Source: an uncultured delta proteobacterium
Lineage (GTDB): Bacteria > Desulfobacterota > Binatia > UBA9968
DNA: 64,000 nucleotides
Assembly: GCA_963745035.1 (NCBI GenBank)
Contig: CAVUVW010000005.1
Span: forward strand, 180,882-244,881
Direction of reading: 5' to 3'
Shown: positions 41,536-55,027 of the stretch, piece by piece
How positions within the stretch are numbered: the first letter of the stretch is position 1
How the letters are laid out: the number at the start of each line of letters is the position of its first letter
Made by a program: the position numbers and the translations under genes
The notes under the pieces: generated by a model
Seen by the model: the letters and a program-made list of their open reading frames with translations, nothing else
What the model was told of the DNA's origin: nothing
Database searches by the model: none

Positions 41536-42660
41536 ATGAAAAATTCAGCTCTGAATGTGGCGGAGATCGTGCCGGCGGCGCTCATCATGGATTCCGATCG
41601 ATGGATGAACGACACGGAGCGAGAACGTTCCGAATCGACCGGTGCCAACGGACATCTTCCGGGCCCGGCAGAGTGGCCGGAATTGCTGGGCGCGAGGCCA
41701 GGCGCAGCGGTTGAATCGGTTTTGCGCCGGGCGCTGATCGAGCCCATCGAAGAGTTGACTTCGATACGCGGCAAGCGTATTCGCGCCCACTTGGTGACGT
41801 TCAGCAACCGTTTGTTGACTGGCGACCAGCCGTATTCCATGGCGGCGGCGAGCCGATGCCATTTGGCGGTCAACGCTATCGAATTCATTCATGCCGGCTC
41901 ACTTATCGTCGACGATATCGAAGATGGTAGTCGGATGCGACGCGGTCGGCCAGCGCTGCATGTAAGCCACGGTATGCCGGTTGCGCTCAACGCCGGGAAC
42001 TGGCTTTACTTCTGGCCGTTCGCTTTGTTTAAAGAACTCGCGCTGCCGAAAGACCAACTCTTGTTTGTGTACGAGTCTTGCCACCGCACGTTGCTGCGCG
42101 CCCATCTTGGCCAGGCGATCGATCTCGGCGCGAAGGTCGGGACCTTGCCGCAGGCGCAGGTGGAAGAAGTTTGCCTCACGTCGATGCGGCTCAAAACCGG
42201 CGCGCTCATGGGATTTGCCGGCCTGCTGGGAGGCGCCGTTGCCGGTGCGCCGAACGCGGTGCTCTCGATCATCGACGATTTCGGCCGCGATCTTGGCGTT
42301 GCGCTACAGATGCACGACGATCTTGGCAATGCGACCGGCGGATGCGAGCCGTCCAAGCGCTACGAGGATTTCACTCTGGCGCGTCCCTCGTGGGTTTGGG
42401 CCTGCGCCGCAGCGAACAGCACCCGCCGGTCCTACGAAGAATTTCTCACGGCGGTAAGTCGATTGCCCGACCGATCCGACTCTCGAGGCGTGGTTTTCCC
42501 ATTACGACATTATCGAGCGGACGCGTCAAAGCGCGAGAGACTATCTCGATTTGAGTTTCACCACCTTGAAAACTCGTCTGGAGAAGGCCGGCGTAAATTG
42601 GTCACACGGCGTTTTTGACGAGTTGCGCGAACTTGGCGAGGAGATAGCGCTTGCTTATGG
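41536..42660 (+). CDS. crtE: Geranylgeranyl diphosphate synthase (frameshift near 42480; end approximate)
   Basis: RGKRIR, IHAGSLIVDDIEDGS..RRG, KTG, LQMHDD; directly upstream of crtI. Confidence 0.8.
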
Positions 42661-44198
42661 ATAAGACCCGCGCGGCGGTCATCGGTTCGGGCTTTGGCGG
42701 ATTGGCGCTCGCCATTCGCCTGCAGGCGGCCGGCTGCCGGACGATCATTTTTGAAAAGCGTGACAAGCCCGGCGGGCGTGCTTATGTGTATCGTGATCAA
42801 GGGTTCAGCTTTGATGCCGGTCCCACAGTGATCACCGCGCCGGATTGCCTGAGAGAGCTATTTTCTCTGGCGGGCAAGTCGATGGACGACTACGTTAGGC
42901 TTCTGCGCGTGAACCCGTTCTATCGCTTGTTCTGGCAGGATGGTTTCCAGTTCGACTATTCCGACGACGCGGCGCTGATCGAGGCGCAGATCGCCAAAAA
43001 ATCGCCACGCGACGTGGAAGGCTATAAAAGATTTCTCAGCTACTCGGAAGAAGTCTTTCGCGAGGGCTATGAAAAGCTCGCCCATGTGCCGTTTCTCAAC
43101 TGGTCGAGTATGGTGGCGGTGGCTCCGCAGCTGCTTCGATTGAAAGCCTACCGATCGGTCTACAGCATGGTCGCCGAGCACATAGCAGACCCGCACCTGC
43201 GTCAGCTCTTTAGCTTTCACTCACTGCTGGTCGGGGGGAATCCGTTTACGACCACGTCGATCTATACTCTTATTCACTATCTGGAACGAAAATGGGGTGT
43301 GTTCTTCCCCGTAGGCGGCACCGCGGCGCTGGTGGAGGCGCTCGTCAAACTGTTCGTCGATCTTGGCGGTGAGTTGCGGCTCAACGCGGAGATCGCCGAG
43401 ATCGAGACCGCGGGCGGCGCGGTAAAAGCGGTGATAGATCAATCGGGACGGAGAGAAGAGTGCGATCTCGTCGTGAGCAACGCCGATGTGGTGCACACTT
43501 ATGACGCGCTGCTGCGCAAGGAACCGGCCGCATCAGCGATGCGCGGGAAGCTTGCACGCTCGGCCTATAGCATGTCCCTGTTCTTGATCTACTTCGGCAC
43601 CCGGCGACGCTATCCGAATCTGCTGCACCACAATATTATCTTCGGTCCGCGCTATCGCGAGCTGCTCGCCGATATTTTCGCGCGCGGCCGCCTGGCCGAC
43701 GACTTTTCGCTCTATTTGCACGCGCCTACCCGCTCGGATCCGAGCTTGGCTCCTCCCGGATGTGAAACCTTTTATGTGCTTTCGCCGGTGCCTCATCTAG
43801 GTAAGCTGGCGATCGATTGGCAGAGCGCGGGACCGGCCTATGCGGAACGAATCCTCGACTATCTGGAGCGTCACTATATGCCGGATCTGCGCCGGGAGAT
43901 CGTCACCCAGAGGATTTTTACGCCGCTGGATTTCAAGACCGAGCTCAATGCCCATCTGGGCTCGGCGTTCTCGCTCGAGCCACGGCTTACACAAAGCGCC
44001 TACTTTCGCGTGCACAACCGCGACAAAAATATTCACGGTCTTTACTTCGTCGGCGCCGGCACGCACCCGGGCGCAGGTATTCCCGGCGTAGTCAATTCGG
44101 CCAAGGCGACGGCGACGATCATTGCCAGCGACTACAAAATCGCGCTCGCGCGTGGCTATGCCGGCGTTGCAGAGGTTTTCCTATGCATGACGCCTTGA
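42657..44198 (+). CDS. crtI: Phytoene desaturase
   Basis: GSGFGG, FDAGPTVIT, LLVGGNPF, QSAYFR.HN, GAGTHPGAGIPGV. Confidence 0.96.
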   Translation: MDKTRAAVIGSGFGGLALAIRLQAAGCRTIIFEKRDKPGGRAYVYRDQGFSFDAGPTVITAPDCLRELFSLAGKSMDDYVRLLRVNPFYRLFWQDGFQFDYSDDAALIEAQIAKKSPRDVEGYKRFLSYSEEVFREGYEKLAHVPFLNWSSMVAVAPQLLRLKAYRSVYSMVAEHIADPHLRQLFSFHSLLVGGNPFTTTSIYTLIHYLERKWGVFFPVGGTAALVEALVKLFVDLGGELRLNAEIAEIETAGGAVKAVIDQSGRREECDLVVSNADVVHTYDALLRKEPAASAMRGKLARSAYSMSLFLIYFGTRRRYPNLLHHNIIFGPRYRELLADIFARGRLADDFSLYLHAPTRSDPSLAPPGCETFYVLSPVPHLGKLAIDWQSAGPAYAERILDYLERHYMPDLRREIVTQRIFTPLDFKTELNAHLGSAFSLEPRLTQSAYFRVHNRDKNIHGLYFVGAGTHPGAGIPGVVNSAKATATIIASDYKIALARGYAGVAEVFLCMTP

Positions 44199-45136
44199 CG
44201 TCTCAGGTCAGGGCGGCGCTCGACGAGTGCCGCTGGATGATTCAGAAAGGCTCGAAGAGCTTTTCGCTGGCGGCGCGGCTGTTCGACCCGGCGACGCGCG
44301 ACGCGGCGTTTTTTCTGTACGGCTGGTGCCGCTACTGTGACGATCAGGTGGACCAAGTCGGCGCATCGGTGACTCCGGAGGAGCTCAACCGGCGTCTCAA
44401 GACGCTCAAAGATAAAACCGACGCGGCGTTTTCTTTTGCGCCCCAGCGGGAGCCGGTCTTCGTCGCTTTGCAGCATATCGTCCATCGCTACGACATTCCG
44501 TCCCACTACGCTTTGGAGCTGATCGAGGGCATGGCGATGGATGTGCGTGCCACTCAGTACACGAGCTTGAAGGAACTCTTGCTTTATTGCTATCGAGTCG
44601 CGGGCACCGTCGGTTTGATGATGGCGCACGTAATGGGACTACGCGACGAGGGTGCGCTCAAGCACGCAGCGGATTTGGGTATCGCCATGCAGCTCACCAA
44701 CATCGCGCGGGACATCATCGAGGATGCCTCGATGGGGCGAATTTACCTGCCTTCGGCATGGCTCAGCGAAGCCAGGATCGCGCCTGAAGCGATTGCCGCG
44801 CCGGAGAATCGCGAGAAGCTGGCGATCTTGACTCTCCGACTGCTGCGCGAGGCCGAGCGCTACTACCGCTCTGGCGATGAAGGCTTGTGGCATCTTTCCT
44901 TTCGCTCGGCGTGCGCGGTGGCCGCGGCGCGCAACGTTTATTCGGAGATCGGCGCTTTGCTGCTGAAAAAGGGCGCGCGCGCGTGGGACGAGCGGACCTA
45001 TGTTACCGGAGCGCGTAAGCTTCGCGTGGTTTTGCGTGGGATACTGAGCCTACTCCGCTCAGTGCCGGCGCGGCTATTTAAGCCGTGGTCGCCGGCGCCG
45101 CTGCGCGTCGTCTGGAAGGCGTCCAATATTCAATAG
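44183..45136 (+). CDS. crtB: Phytoene synthase
   Basis: GSKSF, WCRYCDD, YCYRVAGTVG, QLTNIARDI.ED...GRIYLP. Confidence 0.96.
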   Translation: MHDALTSQVRAALDECRWMIQKGSKSFSLAARLFDPATRDAAFFLYGWCRYCDDQVDQVGASVTPEELNRRLKTLKDKTDAAFSFAPQREPVFVALQHIVHRYDIPSHYALELIEGMAMDVRATQYTSLKELLLYCYRVAGTVGLMMAHVMGLRDEGALKHAADLGIAMQLTNIARDIIEDASMGRIYLPSAWLSEARIAPEAIAAPENREKLAILTLRLLREAERYYRSGDEGLWHLSFRSACAVAAARNVYSEIGALLLKKGARAWDERTYVTGARKLRVVLRGILSLLRSVPARLFKPWSPAPLRVVWKASNIQ

Positions 45137-45191
45137 CGCGCTGGTCGGAAACGGATCAGGCGCGATTTCGAGGCGTGGATGTTGAGCCAAT

Positions 45192-45221
45192 TTGAAGCAG
45201 AGAGTAAGACGATGGTAGAAT
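45192..45221 (+). promoter_or_regulatory. Putative sigma70 promoter of ispA-dxs
   Basis: TTGAAG, 18 bp, then extended -10 TGgTAGAAT. Confidence 0.45.
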
Positions 45222-45251
45222 GAGAATCCGGTACTTCGTTCCGCGCCCTTT

Positions 45252-46172
45252 ATGAGTTTGGATTCCGTGGGAAAATTCGATCTCGATGATTACCTGCGCG
45301 GGCAGTGCAGGTTGATCGACGGCGCGCTCGAAAATTGTTTGAGCCGGTATGCCGGAGGGCAGCAAACGATTTTTCGCGCGATGCGTTATGGACTTTTTCC
45401 CGGCGGCAAGCGCATCCGGCCGATCCTCACCCTGGCCGCGGGCGGCTTGTTCGGCGCGCCGGTGACTCGCTTGATGCCTTTCGCCTGTGCGGTCGAGTTG
45501 ATTCACGCTTATTCTTTGATCCACGACGATTTGCCCGCCCTCGACGACGATGATCTCCGTCGCGGCGAGCCCGCGGCGCACAAGGTTTTCGGCCAGGGCA
45601 TGGCGCTGCTGGCCGGCGACGCTTTGCTGACCGAAGCTTTTCATCTGATGTCTGACCGCGACGCCACGGGCGACGTCGAGCCTGAGCTCTCGCTTGCGCT
45701 CGTCCATGAGTTGACGCGCGCCGCCGGTGTCCTGGGCTTGGTCGGCGGCCAGGCGTTGGATCTCGAAGCGGAAGACAAAGGGGTAGATTTGGCGGCAGTG
45801 GAAGTCATTCATGTGCGCAAGACCGGCGCGCTCATGCTGGCGGCGATCCGCATTGGCGCGCGGCTGGGCGGGGCGACCGATGGCGATCTTTTGAAGCTCA
45901 CGCGTTATGGGGAATATCTCGGATTGGCTTTCCAGATCGCCGACGATATTTTGGACGCTCGCGGCGAGGCGGAGCCTCAAACGGAGAGCGGGCGCAAGGA
46001 GCAGAAGAAGGCCACCTATCCGCTCGTCGTCGGCATCGTCCAAGCGCGTGAACGACTGGCTGAGTTGGCGGAATTGTCTTTGAAGGAACTCGAGCCCTAC
46101 GGCGCGCACGCCTTGCCGCTGGCGGCGATTGCGCGCCACGTGGCCGCTCGCGCGCTCAATACTCACGGCTAG
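45252..46172 (+). CDS. ispA: Farnesyl diphosphate synthase
   Basis: GGKRIRP, IHAYSLIHDDLPALDDDDLRRG, FQIADD, KATYP; precedes dxs. Confidence 0.92.
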   Translation: MSLDSVGKFDLDDYLRGQCRLIDGALENCLSRYAGGQQTIFRAMRYGLFPGGKRIRPILTLAAGGLFGAPVTRLMPFACAVELIHAYSLIHDDLPALDDDDLRRGEPAAHKVFGQGMALLAGDALLTEAFHLMSDRDATGDVEPELSLALVHELTRAAGVLGLVGGQALDLEAEDKGVDLAAVEVIHVRKTGALMLAAIRIGARLGGATDGDLLKLTRYGEYLGLAFQIADDILDARGEAEPQTESGRKEQKKATYPLVVGIVQARERLAELAELSLKELEPYGAHALPLAAIARHVAARALNTHG

Positions 46173-46202
46173 AAATTTCTCACAGAGGAGAGCAGCAAAC
46201 AG

Positions 46203-48116
46203 ATGACCAGGTTGTTGGATGGGGTTGAATTTCCGCACGACATTCGGCGCTTTTCCGTCGAAGAGCTGAACCAGCTCGCGGCGGAAATCAGAGAGGAAGT
46301 CATTTCCGTCGTCTCAGAAGTCGGCGGTCACTTTGCTTCGACCCTTGGCGCCGTGGAGCTGACTCTGGCGCTTCACTATGTTTTCGAGACGCCGGAGGAC
46401 CGCATCGTGTGGGACACCGGACATCAAGCCTACGCGCACAAACTGCTGTGCGGCCGGCGCGATCGCTTGGCGACGATCCGCCAGTTTGGCGGCTTGAGCG
46501 GATTTTTGAGCCGGGAGGAGAGTGAATACGATGTCTTCGGCGCCGGTCATGCCGGCACCTCGATCTCGGCGGCACTCGGCATGGTCGAAGCGAAATATCT
46601 CGAGGGCTCGCCGCGCAAAGTCGTCGCGGTGATCAGCGACGGCGGCTTGAGCGCCGGCTTGACCTACGAAGGCTTGAACTCGGCCGGACATCTCGATCGC
46701 GACCTCATCGTGGTGCTGAACGACAACGAGCATTTCATCGACCCGCGGGTCGGCGCGGTATCGTCTTTTCTCAGCAAGCAGTTCACCACCGATCTCGGCG
46801 TGCGCTTGCAGAAAAATCTCTCCAACTTGCTGAAGAGTTTGCCGAGCGGCGAGAATTTGAAATACATGGCGCGCAAGATGCGCGACTCGTTCCTGAGTCT
46901 GGTGACCCCGGGTTTTCTTTTCGAGAGTCTGGGCTTTCAATACGTGGGTCCGATCGACGGTCATAACCTGAGCGAGATGATCGCGACGTTGGAGAACATC
47001 AAAAAAGTCGACGGACCAATCTTGGTCCATGTGATGACCAAGAAGGGCAAGGGCTATGCGCCGGCGGAAGCTGATCCGATCAAGTATCACGCCGTCACGC
47101 CGTTTCACGTGCTCACCGGCAAAGCCAAAAAGGAAAAGGGGCCGATTCCGACGTATACCGATATTTTCGGTCAGTCGATCGTTCGCATCGCCAAAAAAAA
47201 CCCCAAGGTGGTGGGCATCACCGCGGCGATGGGCAGCGGCACGGGCATCGACAAGCTCGCGCGCGAGATCCCCAAGCGCACCTACGACGTCGGCATCGCC
47301 GAGCAGCACGCTGTGACCTTCGCCGCCGGCATGGCGACCGAGGGTTACATCCCGGTGGTCGCGATCTATTCGACGTTTTTGCAGCGCGGCTACGACGAGA
47401 TTCTCCACGACGTGTGCCTGCAAAATCTCCACGTCGTCTTCGCTCTGGACCGCGGCGGCCTGGTCGGCGCCGACGGCCCGACCCATCATGGCGTGTTCGA
47501 CTTTGCCTACCTGCGCCCGATGCCGAACATCGTGGTCATGGCGCCCAAGGACGAAAACGAATTGCAGCATATGCTGGCGACCGCCGTCGCGCACGACGGC
47601 CCGATCGCGCTGCGCTATCCGCGCGGCGAGGGTTGGGGCGTTGCGCTCGACGCCGAGCCGCATCGGCTGGAGATCGGCAAGGCCGAGTTGTTGCGCGACG
47701 GTGCCGATATCGTGATCGCTGCGATCGGCCACACCGTTATGCCGGCGCTCAAAGCCGCGCAGGATCTGGCGCCGCTCGGCATCAACGCCGCTGTAGTGAA
47801 CGCGCGTTTCGTCAAGCCGCTCGATAAAGAATTGCTCGGCTCGCTGCTCGGCCGTGTGCCGCGTTTGATCACGGTGGAAGACCACGTTACCGCCGGCGGC
47901 TTCGGCAGCGCGGTGATCGAATTCCTCGCCGACGAGGGGATCCAAGGAGTCGAAGTCCGGCGGCTCGGCGTGCCCGACCGCTTCATTCCCCACGGCACCC
48001 AAGACGAGCTGCGTAAGCTCTGCGGCTTTGACAAGGATGCGATCGCCCAGGCGGTGCTGCAGATGGTCCGGCGCAAGAAGCGAAGCAGGGAGGGATGGGA
48101 AAGAGGGAGCGCTTAG
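46203..48116 (+). CDS. dxs: 1-deoxy-D-xylulose-5-phosphate synthase
   Basis: [40 protein letters not shown]. Confidence 0.98.
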   Translation: MTRLLDGVEFPHDIRRFSVEELNQLAAEIREEVISVVSEVGGHFASTLGAVELTLALHYVFETPEDRIVWDTGHQAYAHKLLCGRRDRLATIRQFGGLSGFLSREESEYDVFGAGHAGTSISAALGMVEAKYLEGSPRKVVAVISDGGLSAGLTYEGLNSAGHLDRDLIVVLNDNEHFIDPRVGAVSSFLSKQFTTDLGVRLQKNLSNLLKSLPSGENLKYMARKMRDSFLSLVTPGFLFESLGFQYVGPIDGHNLSEMIATLENIKKVDGPILVHVMTKKGKGYAPAEADPIKYHAVTPFHVLTGKAKKEKGPIPTYTDIFGQSIVRIAKKNPKVVGITAAMGSGTGIDKLAREIPKRTYDVGIAEQHAVTFAAGMATEGYIPVVAIYSTFLQRGYDEILHDVCLQNLHVVFALDRGGLVGADGPTHHGVFDFAYLRPMPNIVVMAPKDENELQHMLATAVAHDGPIALRYPRGEGWGVALDAEPHRLEIGKAELLRDGADIVIAAIGHTVMPALKAAQDLAPLGINAAVVNARFVKPLDKELLGSLLGRVPRLITVEDHVTAGGFGSAVIEFLADEGIQGVEVRRLGVPDRFIPHGTQDELRKLCGFDKDAIAQAVLQMVRRKKRSREGWERGSA

Positions 48117-48833
48117 ATCTCTTGCTGCTTGAGCGAGGGCTCGTCGACAGCCGGGAGAACGGGCGGCGTAAGATCTTGGCCGGCGACGTGCTCGTCAATG
48201 ATCAAGCCGTGACCAAGGCCGGCAGCTTGGTCGATGCGGGCGCCACGATCCGTCTCAAACCGGCGCCGCGCTACGTCAGCCGCGGCGGCTTGAAGCTCGA
48301 AAAGGCGCTCAAGGAATTCGCCGTCGATGTGAGCGGCAAGACCGCCCTCGATGTCGGGGCGTCGACCGGCGGCTTTACCGATTGTTTGCTGGCGCACGGC
48401 GCCGCGCGCGTGATCGCCGTCGACGTGGGCTACGGCCAGCTCGATTGGAAGCTGCGCAACGACCCGCGCGTGGTGGTTTTCGAGAAGACCAATATCCGAT
48501 ATCTCGATCGAAGCTCGCTATCCGTCATTCCTCGAGTTCGCCACCATCGACGCTTCTTTTATCTCGCTCAAGCTGATTTTGCCGTGCGTCAAACAGCTTC
48601 TCGCGGCACGGCGTGAGATCATCGCGCTGATCAAACCCCAGTTCGAAGTGGGCAAAGGCAAAGTCGGCAAGGGGGGAGTGGTGCGCGCGGCGGAAGAGCA
48701 CGCCCGGGTGATCGGCGAAATTCGAGATAGCGCCACCGTCCTCGGCTATGAGACCGTGGGCGTCACCGAGTCGCCGCTGCTCGGGCCCAAAGGCAACAAA
48801 GAATTCTTGATTTATCTGCGCGCCCCGGCCTAA
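48095..48833 (+). CDS. tlyA: TlyA family rRNA methyltransferase (frameshift near 48530)
   Basis: S4 domain RLD; [35 protein letters not shown]. Confidence 0.93.
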
Positions 48834-48888
48834 GCTCACCTCGCCGCTCGGTCGCCACCTGCCGGGCGGGCCAATCTTTCTACGGGCG

Positions 48889-49617
48889 ATGGCCGGCTTC
48901 AAAAAAATAGCTCACCGCGGCGCCTCCGGCCGCTATCCGGAAAACACTCGACTGGCGTTCACGAAAGCAATCGATGCGGGCGCCGATATGATCGAGCTCG
49001 ACTGTCAGTTGAGCCGCGACGGGCACGTGGTGGTGTTTCACGACGAGCAGCTGCGGCGCACGGCCGGCGTGGCGGGAGCGCTGCGCAGCAAAACTCTCGA
49101 TCAACTCAAAGCCTTGGATATCGGGCGCTGGCGCGACCGGTCGTTCCGGGGCGAGCGCATTTTGACCCTCGAAGAAGCGCTGGACGTTTTCGCCGGCAAG
49201 GTCGATCTGTGTCTCGAGATCAAAAATTATCCGAAGTCATTGCCGGGGATCGCGCTCAAAGTGCTGTTCATCTTGAGCCACTACGATTACCTGGAGCGCA
49301 CCATCGTTTCGTCCTTCGACTATCACAGTTTGGCGCGCATCCGGGAGCTCGCGCCGGACGTTTCCATCGGCCTGCTTTTTGGCGCGGCGGTCAAGCAGGA
49401 CCCGATCGAAGCGGCCAAGCAATTGGCGGCGACCTCGCTGCATGTGCAAAAGAGTGTTGCGACCCGTGAATTTCTAGCCGCGGCGTGGGAAGAAGGACTC
49501 GACGTTTACGTCTGGACTGTCAACGAGCCGCGTGACATCGAGGCTTTTGTTTCGATGGGCGTGCAGGGTGTCATTTCGGATTTTCCCGACCGATTGACAA
49601 AGCTCAAATTGCGATAG
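48889..49617 (+). CDS. Glycerophosphodiester phosphodiesterase
   Basis: AHRGAS...PENT, IELD, FHD, EIK, SSF, WTVN, ISDFP. Confidence 0.93.
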   Translation: MAGFKKIAHRGASGRYPENTRLAFTKAIDAGADMIELDCQLSRDGHVVVFHDEQLRRTAGVAGALRSKTLDQLKALDIGRWRDRSFRGERILTLEEALDVFAGKVDLCLEIKNYPKSLPGIALKVLFILSHYDYLERTIVSSFDYHSLARIRELAPDVSIGLLFGAAVKQDPIEAAKQLAATSLHVQKSVATREFLAAAWEEGLDVYVWTVNEPRDIEAFVSMGVQGVISDFPDRLTKLKLR

Positions 49618-49950
49618 CCGGAACGGCCGGCAGCAGCGTCATCGCCCGAAATCACGGCAGAATCCACGGGCACAATCCCCATCGTGAAAACAATGCGTTC
49701 TTGTCTGTGAGCGGGCTGTGATGAGCGCTGGTTACAAAGCAGCATTGCGGCCGCCGCGATGAATTGCCAGGATGAAAAATCTTTGTGGTTGCACCCAGAG
49801 GTGTCTTTATTACTCGTGACCGACGTACTCTGCCGAGTGCGACACTGCGGAATCGGGATCAAGGAGGAGTTGTGTCGCACTGGAACGCGCTCGAAGCTGC
49901 ACAACGGTTCGTCAAGTGGCTCCAAAGTGTTCATTTTTCAAGTGAATTGC

Positions 49951-49978
49951 TTGACTTGGAAAGCAAATGCGCTAGAAT
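49951..49978 (+). promoter_or_regulatory. Putative sigma70 promoter of the rpsU operon
   Basis: TTGACT, 16 bp, TAGAAT. Confidence 0.55.
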
Positions 49979-50025
49979 CAACGCCGAATTAACGCGGTCC
50001 GCTTGGATCGGGGGTGATTGATTCT

Positions 50026-50220
50026 ATGACGGGAGTCCGAGTTCGCGAAAACGAGTCCATCGAAAGTGCCATCCGACGTTTCAAAAAACTTTGTGAAAAA
50101 GCCGGGATCCTTGCTGAGCTGCGCAAGCGAGAGCACTATGAAAAGCCCAGCGTGAAAAAGAAAAAAAAGGCCATCGCGGCGAAGAAGCGCGCCATGCGCC
50201 GAGTTCGTCACTCTTTTTAG
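50026..50220 (+). CDS. rpsU: 30S ribosomal protein S21
   Basis: [12 protein letters not shown]...REHYEKPS. Confidence 0.97.
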   Translation: MTGVRVRENESIESAIRRFKKLCEKAGILAELRKREHYEKPSVKKKKKAIAAKKRAMRRVRHSF

Positions 50221-50247
50221 GACGGTTGCGCGCCCAGCGAGCGAGGC

Positions 50248-50694
50248 ATGGGACTGAAGGCCGAGATTCAGGAAGCTGCCAAGGAGGCGTTGAAAGCGCG
50301 CGACCAAGTGGCGCTTTCGACGCTCCGGTTGCTGCTCTCGGCGCTGCACAATGAAGAGATTCGCCTGCGCCGGGAATTGACGACGGAAGACATTCAGCGG
50401 ACGATCACGACCCTCGGTAAGCAACGCGCGGAAGCAAGCGAGTTATATCGCAAGGGCGGGCGCGCAGACTTGGCAGAGAAAGAAGACGCCGAGCTCGCGA
50501 TCCTCCGGCGCTTCTTGCCGCAACAGCTTTCGGAAGCGGAAGTCAGGGAGCTGATTCAATCGTGCATCGTCGAGGCCGGCGCCCAAGGCGTCCAGGACCT
50601 CGGCAAAGTCATGAAATTGGTGATGCCCAAAGTCGCCGGCCGGAGCGACGGCCGGCGAGTCAACGAGCTGGCCAAGGGGCTTCTCGAAAGTTGA
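50248..50694 (+). CDS. GatB/YqeY domain protein
   Basis: ALKARD, KQR.E...Y..GGR.DLA..E, FLPQQL, DLGKVM. Confidence 0.93.
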   Translation: MGLKAEIQEAAKEALKARDQVALSTLRLLLSALHNEEIRLRRELTTEDIQRTITTLGKQRAEASELYRKGGRADLAEKEDAELAILRRFLPQQLSEAEVRELIQSCIVEAGAQGVQDLGKVMKLVMPKVAGRSDGRRVNELAKGLLES

Positions 50695-50828
50695 TCCGGA
50701 TCGCTCTGCGGAATCTCATGCCGGTCCGGCACGCCGCCCGAAACGAAAGCGAATCCGCGGCCCGGGGGCATGTTTTAGCGAACACCAGGCAAGATCTATG
50801 GGCCCAGATTTCTGAACGGTCTTCAACA

Positions 50829-51362
50829 GTGAACTGGGTGGATCTGATTCTCCTCGGCGTTTTTGCCCTGTTCGGCTTGCGCGGCTTTTTCCGCGGTTTC
50901 TTTCGTGAGTTACTGTCCCTCGCCGGTCTGGTTGCCGGTTTCATGGCGGCGGTTGCCTACGATCAAGAGCTCGCCGCGTTGCTGAGTCAATATTGGCAAA
51001 CATCTTCTTTGCTGCTGCACGGGATTTCTTTCGTGGCGATTTTCTTTATCGTCTATTTTCTGTTGAATTTGACCGGTTGGCTGCTTCATCGCTCGGAAAA
51101 ATTGCTTTTCTTGAAAACTCTCAATCGTACCGGCGGCATCGCTCTCGGGGCGGGCAAAGGCGCGGCGCTTGCCGCCGTGGCGATTTTTCTCTTGAGCTCT
51201 TCGTCGCTTCTGCCCCAGCCGACGCGGGACAACGTCGAGAGCTCCTACCTCGCCCGGCCGCTCACGCGGCTCGGTCAAAACCTTATTCACTTTGGCAAGG
51301 AGAAGATTTTTGACGGCCGGCAGATTGAAGACTTCGCGCCTCGGGACGCGACCCGGCTGTAA
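50829..51362 (+). CDS. cvpA: CvpA family membrane protein
   Basis: NWVDL...GLRGFFRGF..E, LNRTGG..G. Confidence 0.88.
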   Translation: MNWVDLILLGVFALFGLRGFFRGFFRELLSLAGLVAGFMAAVAYDQELAALLSQYWQTSSLLLHGISFVAIFFIVYFLLNLTGWLLHRSEKLLFLKTLNRTGGIALGAGKGAALAAVAIFLLSSSSLLPQPTRDNVESSYLARPLTRLGQNLIHFGKEKIFDGRQIEDFAPRDATRL

Positions 51363-53095
51363 CTCTCGGCAATGATCCGTCAGGAGAAAATCGTCGAGAT
51401 TCGCCATCGCGCCTCCATCGTCGAGGTCATTTCCGATTTCGTTACCCTCAAAAAAACCGGCCGCAATCATATGGGCCTGTGCCCGTTTCACGCCGAGAAA
51501 ACGCCTTCTTTTACCGTGAGCGAGGAAAAGGGCATCTATCACTGCTTCGGCTGCCAGTCCGGCGGCAGCGTTTTTCATTTCCTGATGAATTACGACCATC
51601 TCACGTTTCCCGAAGCGGTGGAGCGGGTCGGCAAACGCTACGGGATCGCGGTGGAGCACGACGGGGCTCGGCGGTCGCAGGAGAGCGGCGAACGGGAAAA
51701 ACTTTATCGCGTGAACGAGCGCGTCGCCGTCAATTACCAGAAGCTGCTGCGGAGCCATCCCGAGAGCCGCAGAGCGTCAGCGTATTTGAACGAGCGCGGC
51801 GTCGATGAAGCGGCGGTGGAAAAGTTCATGCTCGGATACGCGCCGCAATCCGGCTCGGGCCTGCTCAACGTATTTCGCCAGGAAAATATTTCCTCCGCCG
51901 ACGCGTGCCGTCTCGGCCTCATCGGCCAGCGCGCCGAGCAGAAGTTCTATGAAAAATTTTTTGCCCGGCTGATGTTTCCGATTCTGAGCCCGGCGGGCAA
52001 GGTCGTCGCCTTCGGCGGCCGCGTCCTGGATCAATCCCTGCCCAAGTATCTCAATTCGAGCGAGACGCCCTTGTTTCACAAAGGCTCCACGCTCTACGGC
52101 CTTTACCAGGCGAAGGACGGCATCCGCAAAGCGGACCGGGTGGTCGTCGTCGAGGGCTACCTGGACGTGATCGCGCTGGCGCAGCACGACATTTCCTACG
52201 CGGTGGCGACACTGGGCACGGCCCTGACCGCCGATCACGTGCGCGTGCTGTCGCGCTATACCAAGAATATCATCGCGCTGTTCGACGGCGACGAGGCGGG
52301 ACGCAAGGCGGCGTCGCGCAGCTTCGAGATTTTTCTCGAAGCGGGGCTCCTCGGCCGCGCGGCCTTTTTGCCCAAGGGCGATGATCCTGATACCTTTGTT
52401 CGCGGTCGCGGCAAAGCCGCTTTGGAGGCGGTGTTGGATCAGGGGGTGCCGCTCGCCGATTATTATTTTTCCTGGCTGGAGCAGCGCCACGGCAAGACGC
52501 TCGAAGGAAAGAGCCAGATCGCCAACGAAGTGAGCCGGGTGTTGGCCAAAGTGACGAACGCTTTCGAAGCCGATTTGCTTGCCCGGCGGGCGGTCGATAT
52601 GCTGGGGATTCGCGAAGAGTTGCTGCGGCGCGCCAAACCGGCGACAGCCAGGCCTTCTTTCAGCCCCGCTTCAGGCGCGCCGCCGAGCGCCGCTGCTTCC
52701 AATCGCGAAGACGTGGCCGAACGGTCGCTGGTGAGCCTGATGCTGCGCTTGCCGGCGGCGCTCCAGCGGATCGGCGCCAGCGCCGAGGCGCGCCAGTGGT
52801 TTGGCGTCAGATGGGGACCCGTGGTGGATGACATCGCCGCGCAGTGGCAGGAGCGCGGCGCCCTCGACGTGGCGCAGTTGCTGGAGAGTTTAGCGCCCGA
52901 CATGGCCAGCGAGATCGCCGGTCTTTCGATGGAGCGGGAAAATCTGACCGACGCCGAGTGCGCGCGCATGGTGGACGATTGCCTCGGTCATTTGCGGCGC
53001 CGGCATCTCAAGGGGTTGGAGCGCGATTTGCGCTTGGCGATCCGCGCCGCGGAAGAACAGAAGGATGAGAAAGCGAAGAGAGAAAGGATGCTAGA

Positions 53096-54975
<1,880 letters not shown>

Positions 54976-55027
54976 ACCCGCCGCTATTTCGTTGCGATCT
55001 TTCCATTTTCTAGACTAAGATCCATAC

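Noticed and set aside
46314-48002. Long antisense or alternate-frame ORFs (also 15865-17223, 30348-31589, 45156-46238, 17596-18675)
   Set aside because: Shadow ORFs of real genes, expected in high-GC DNA; no recognisable motifs
49620-49950. 330-bp gap upstream of rpsU as a possible ncRNA or small gene
   Set aside because: No convincing structure or protein motif found by eye
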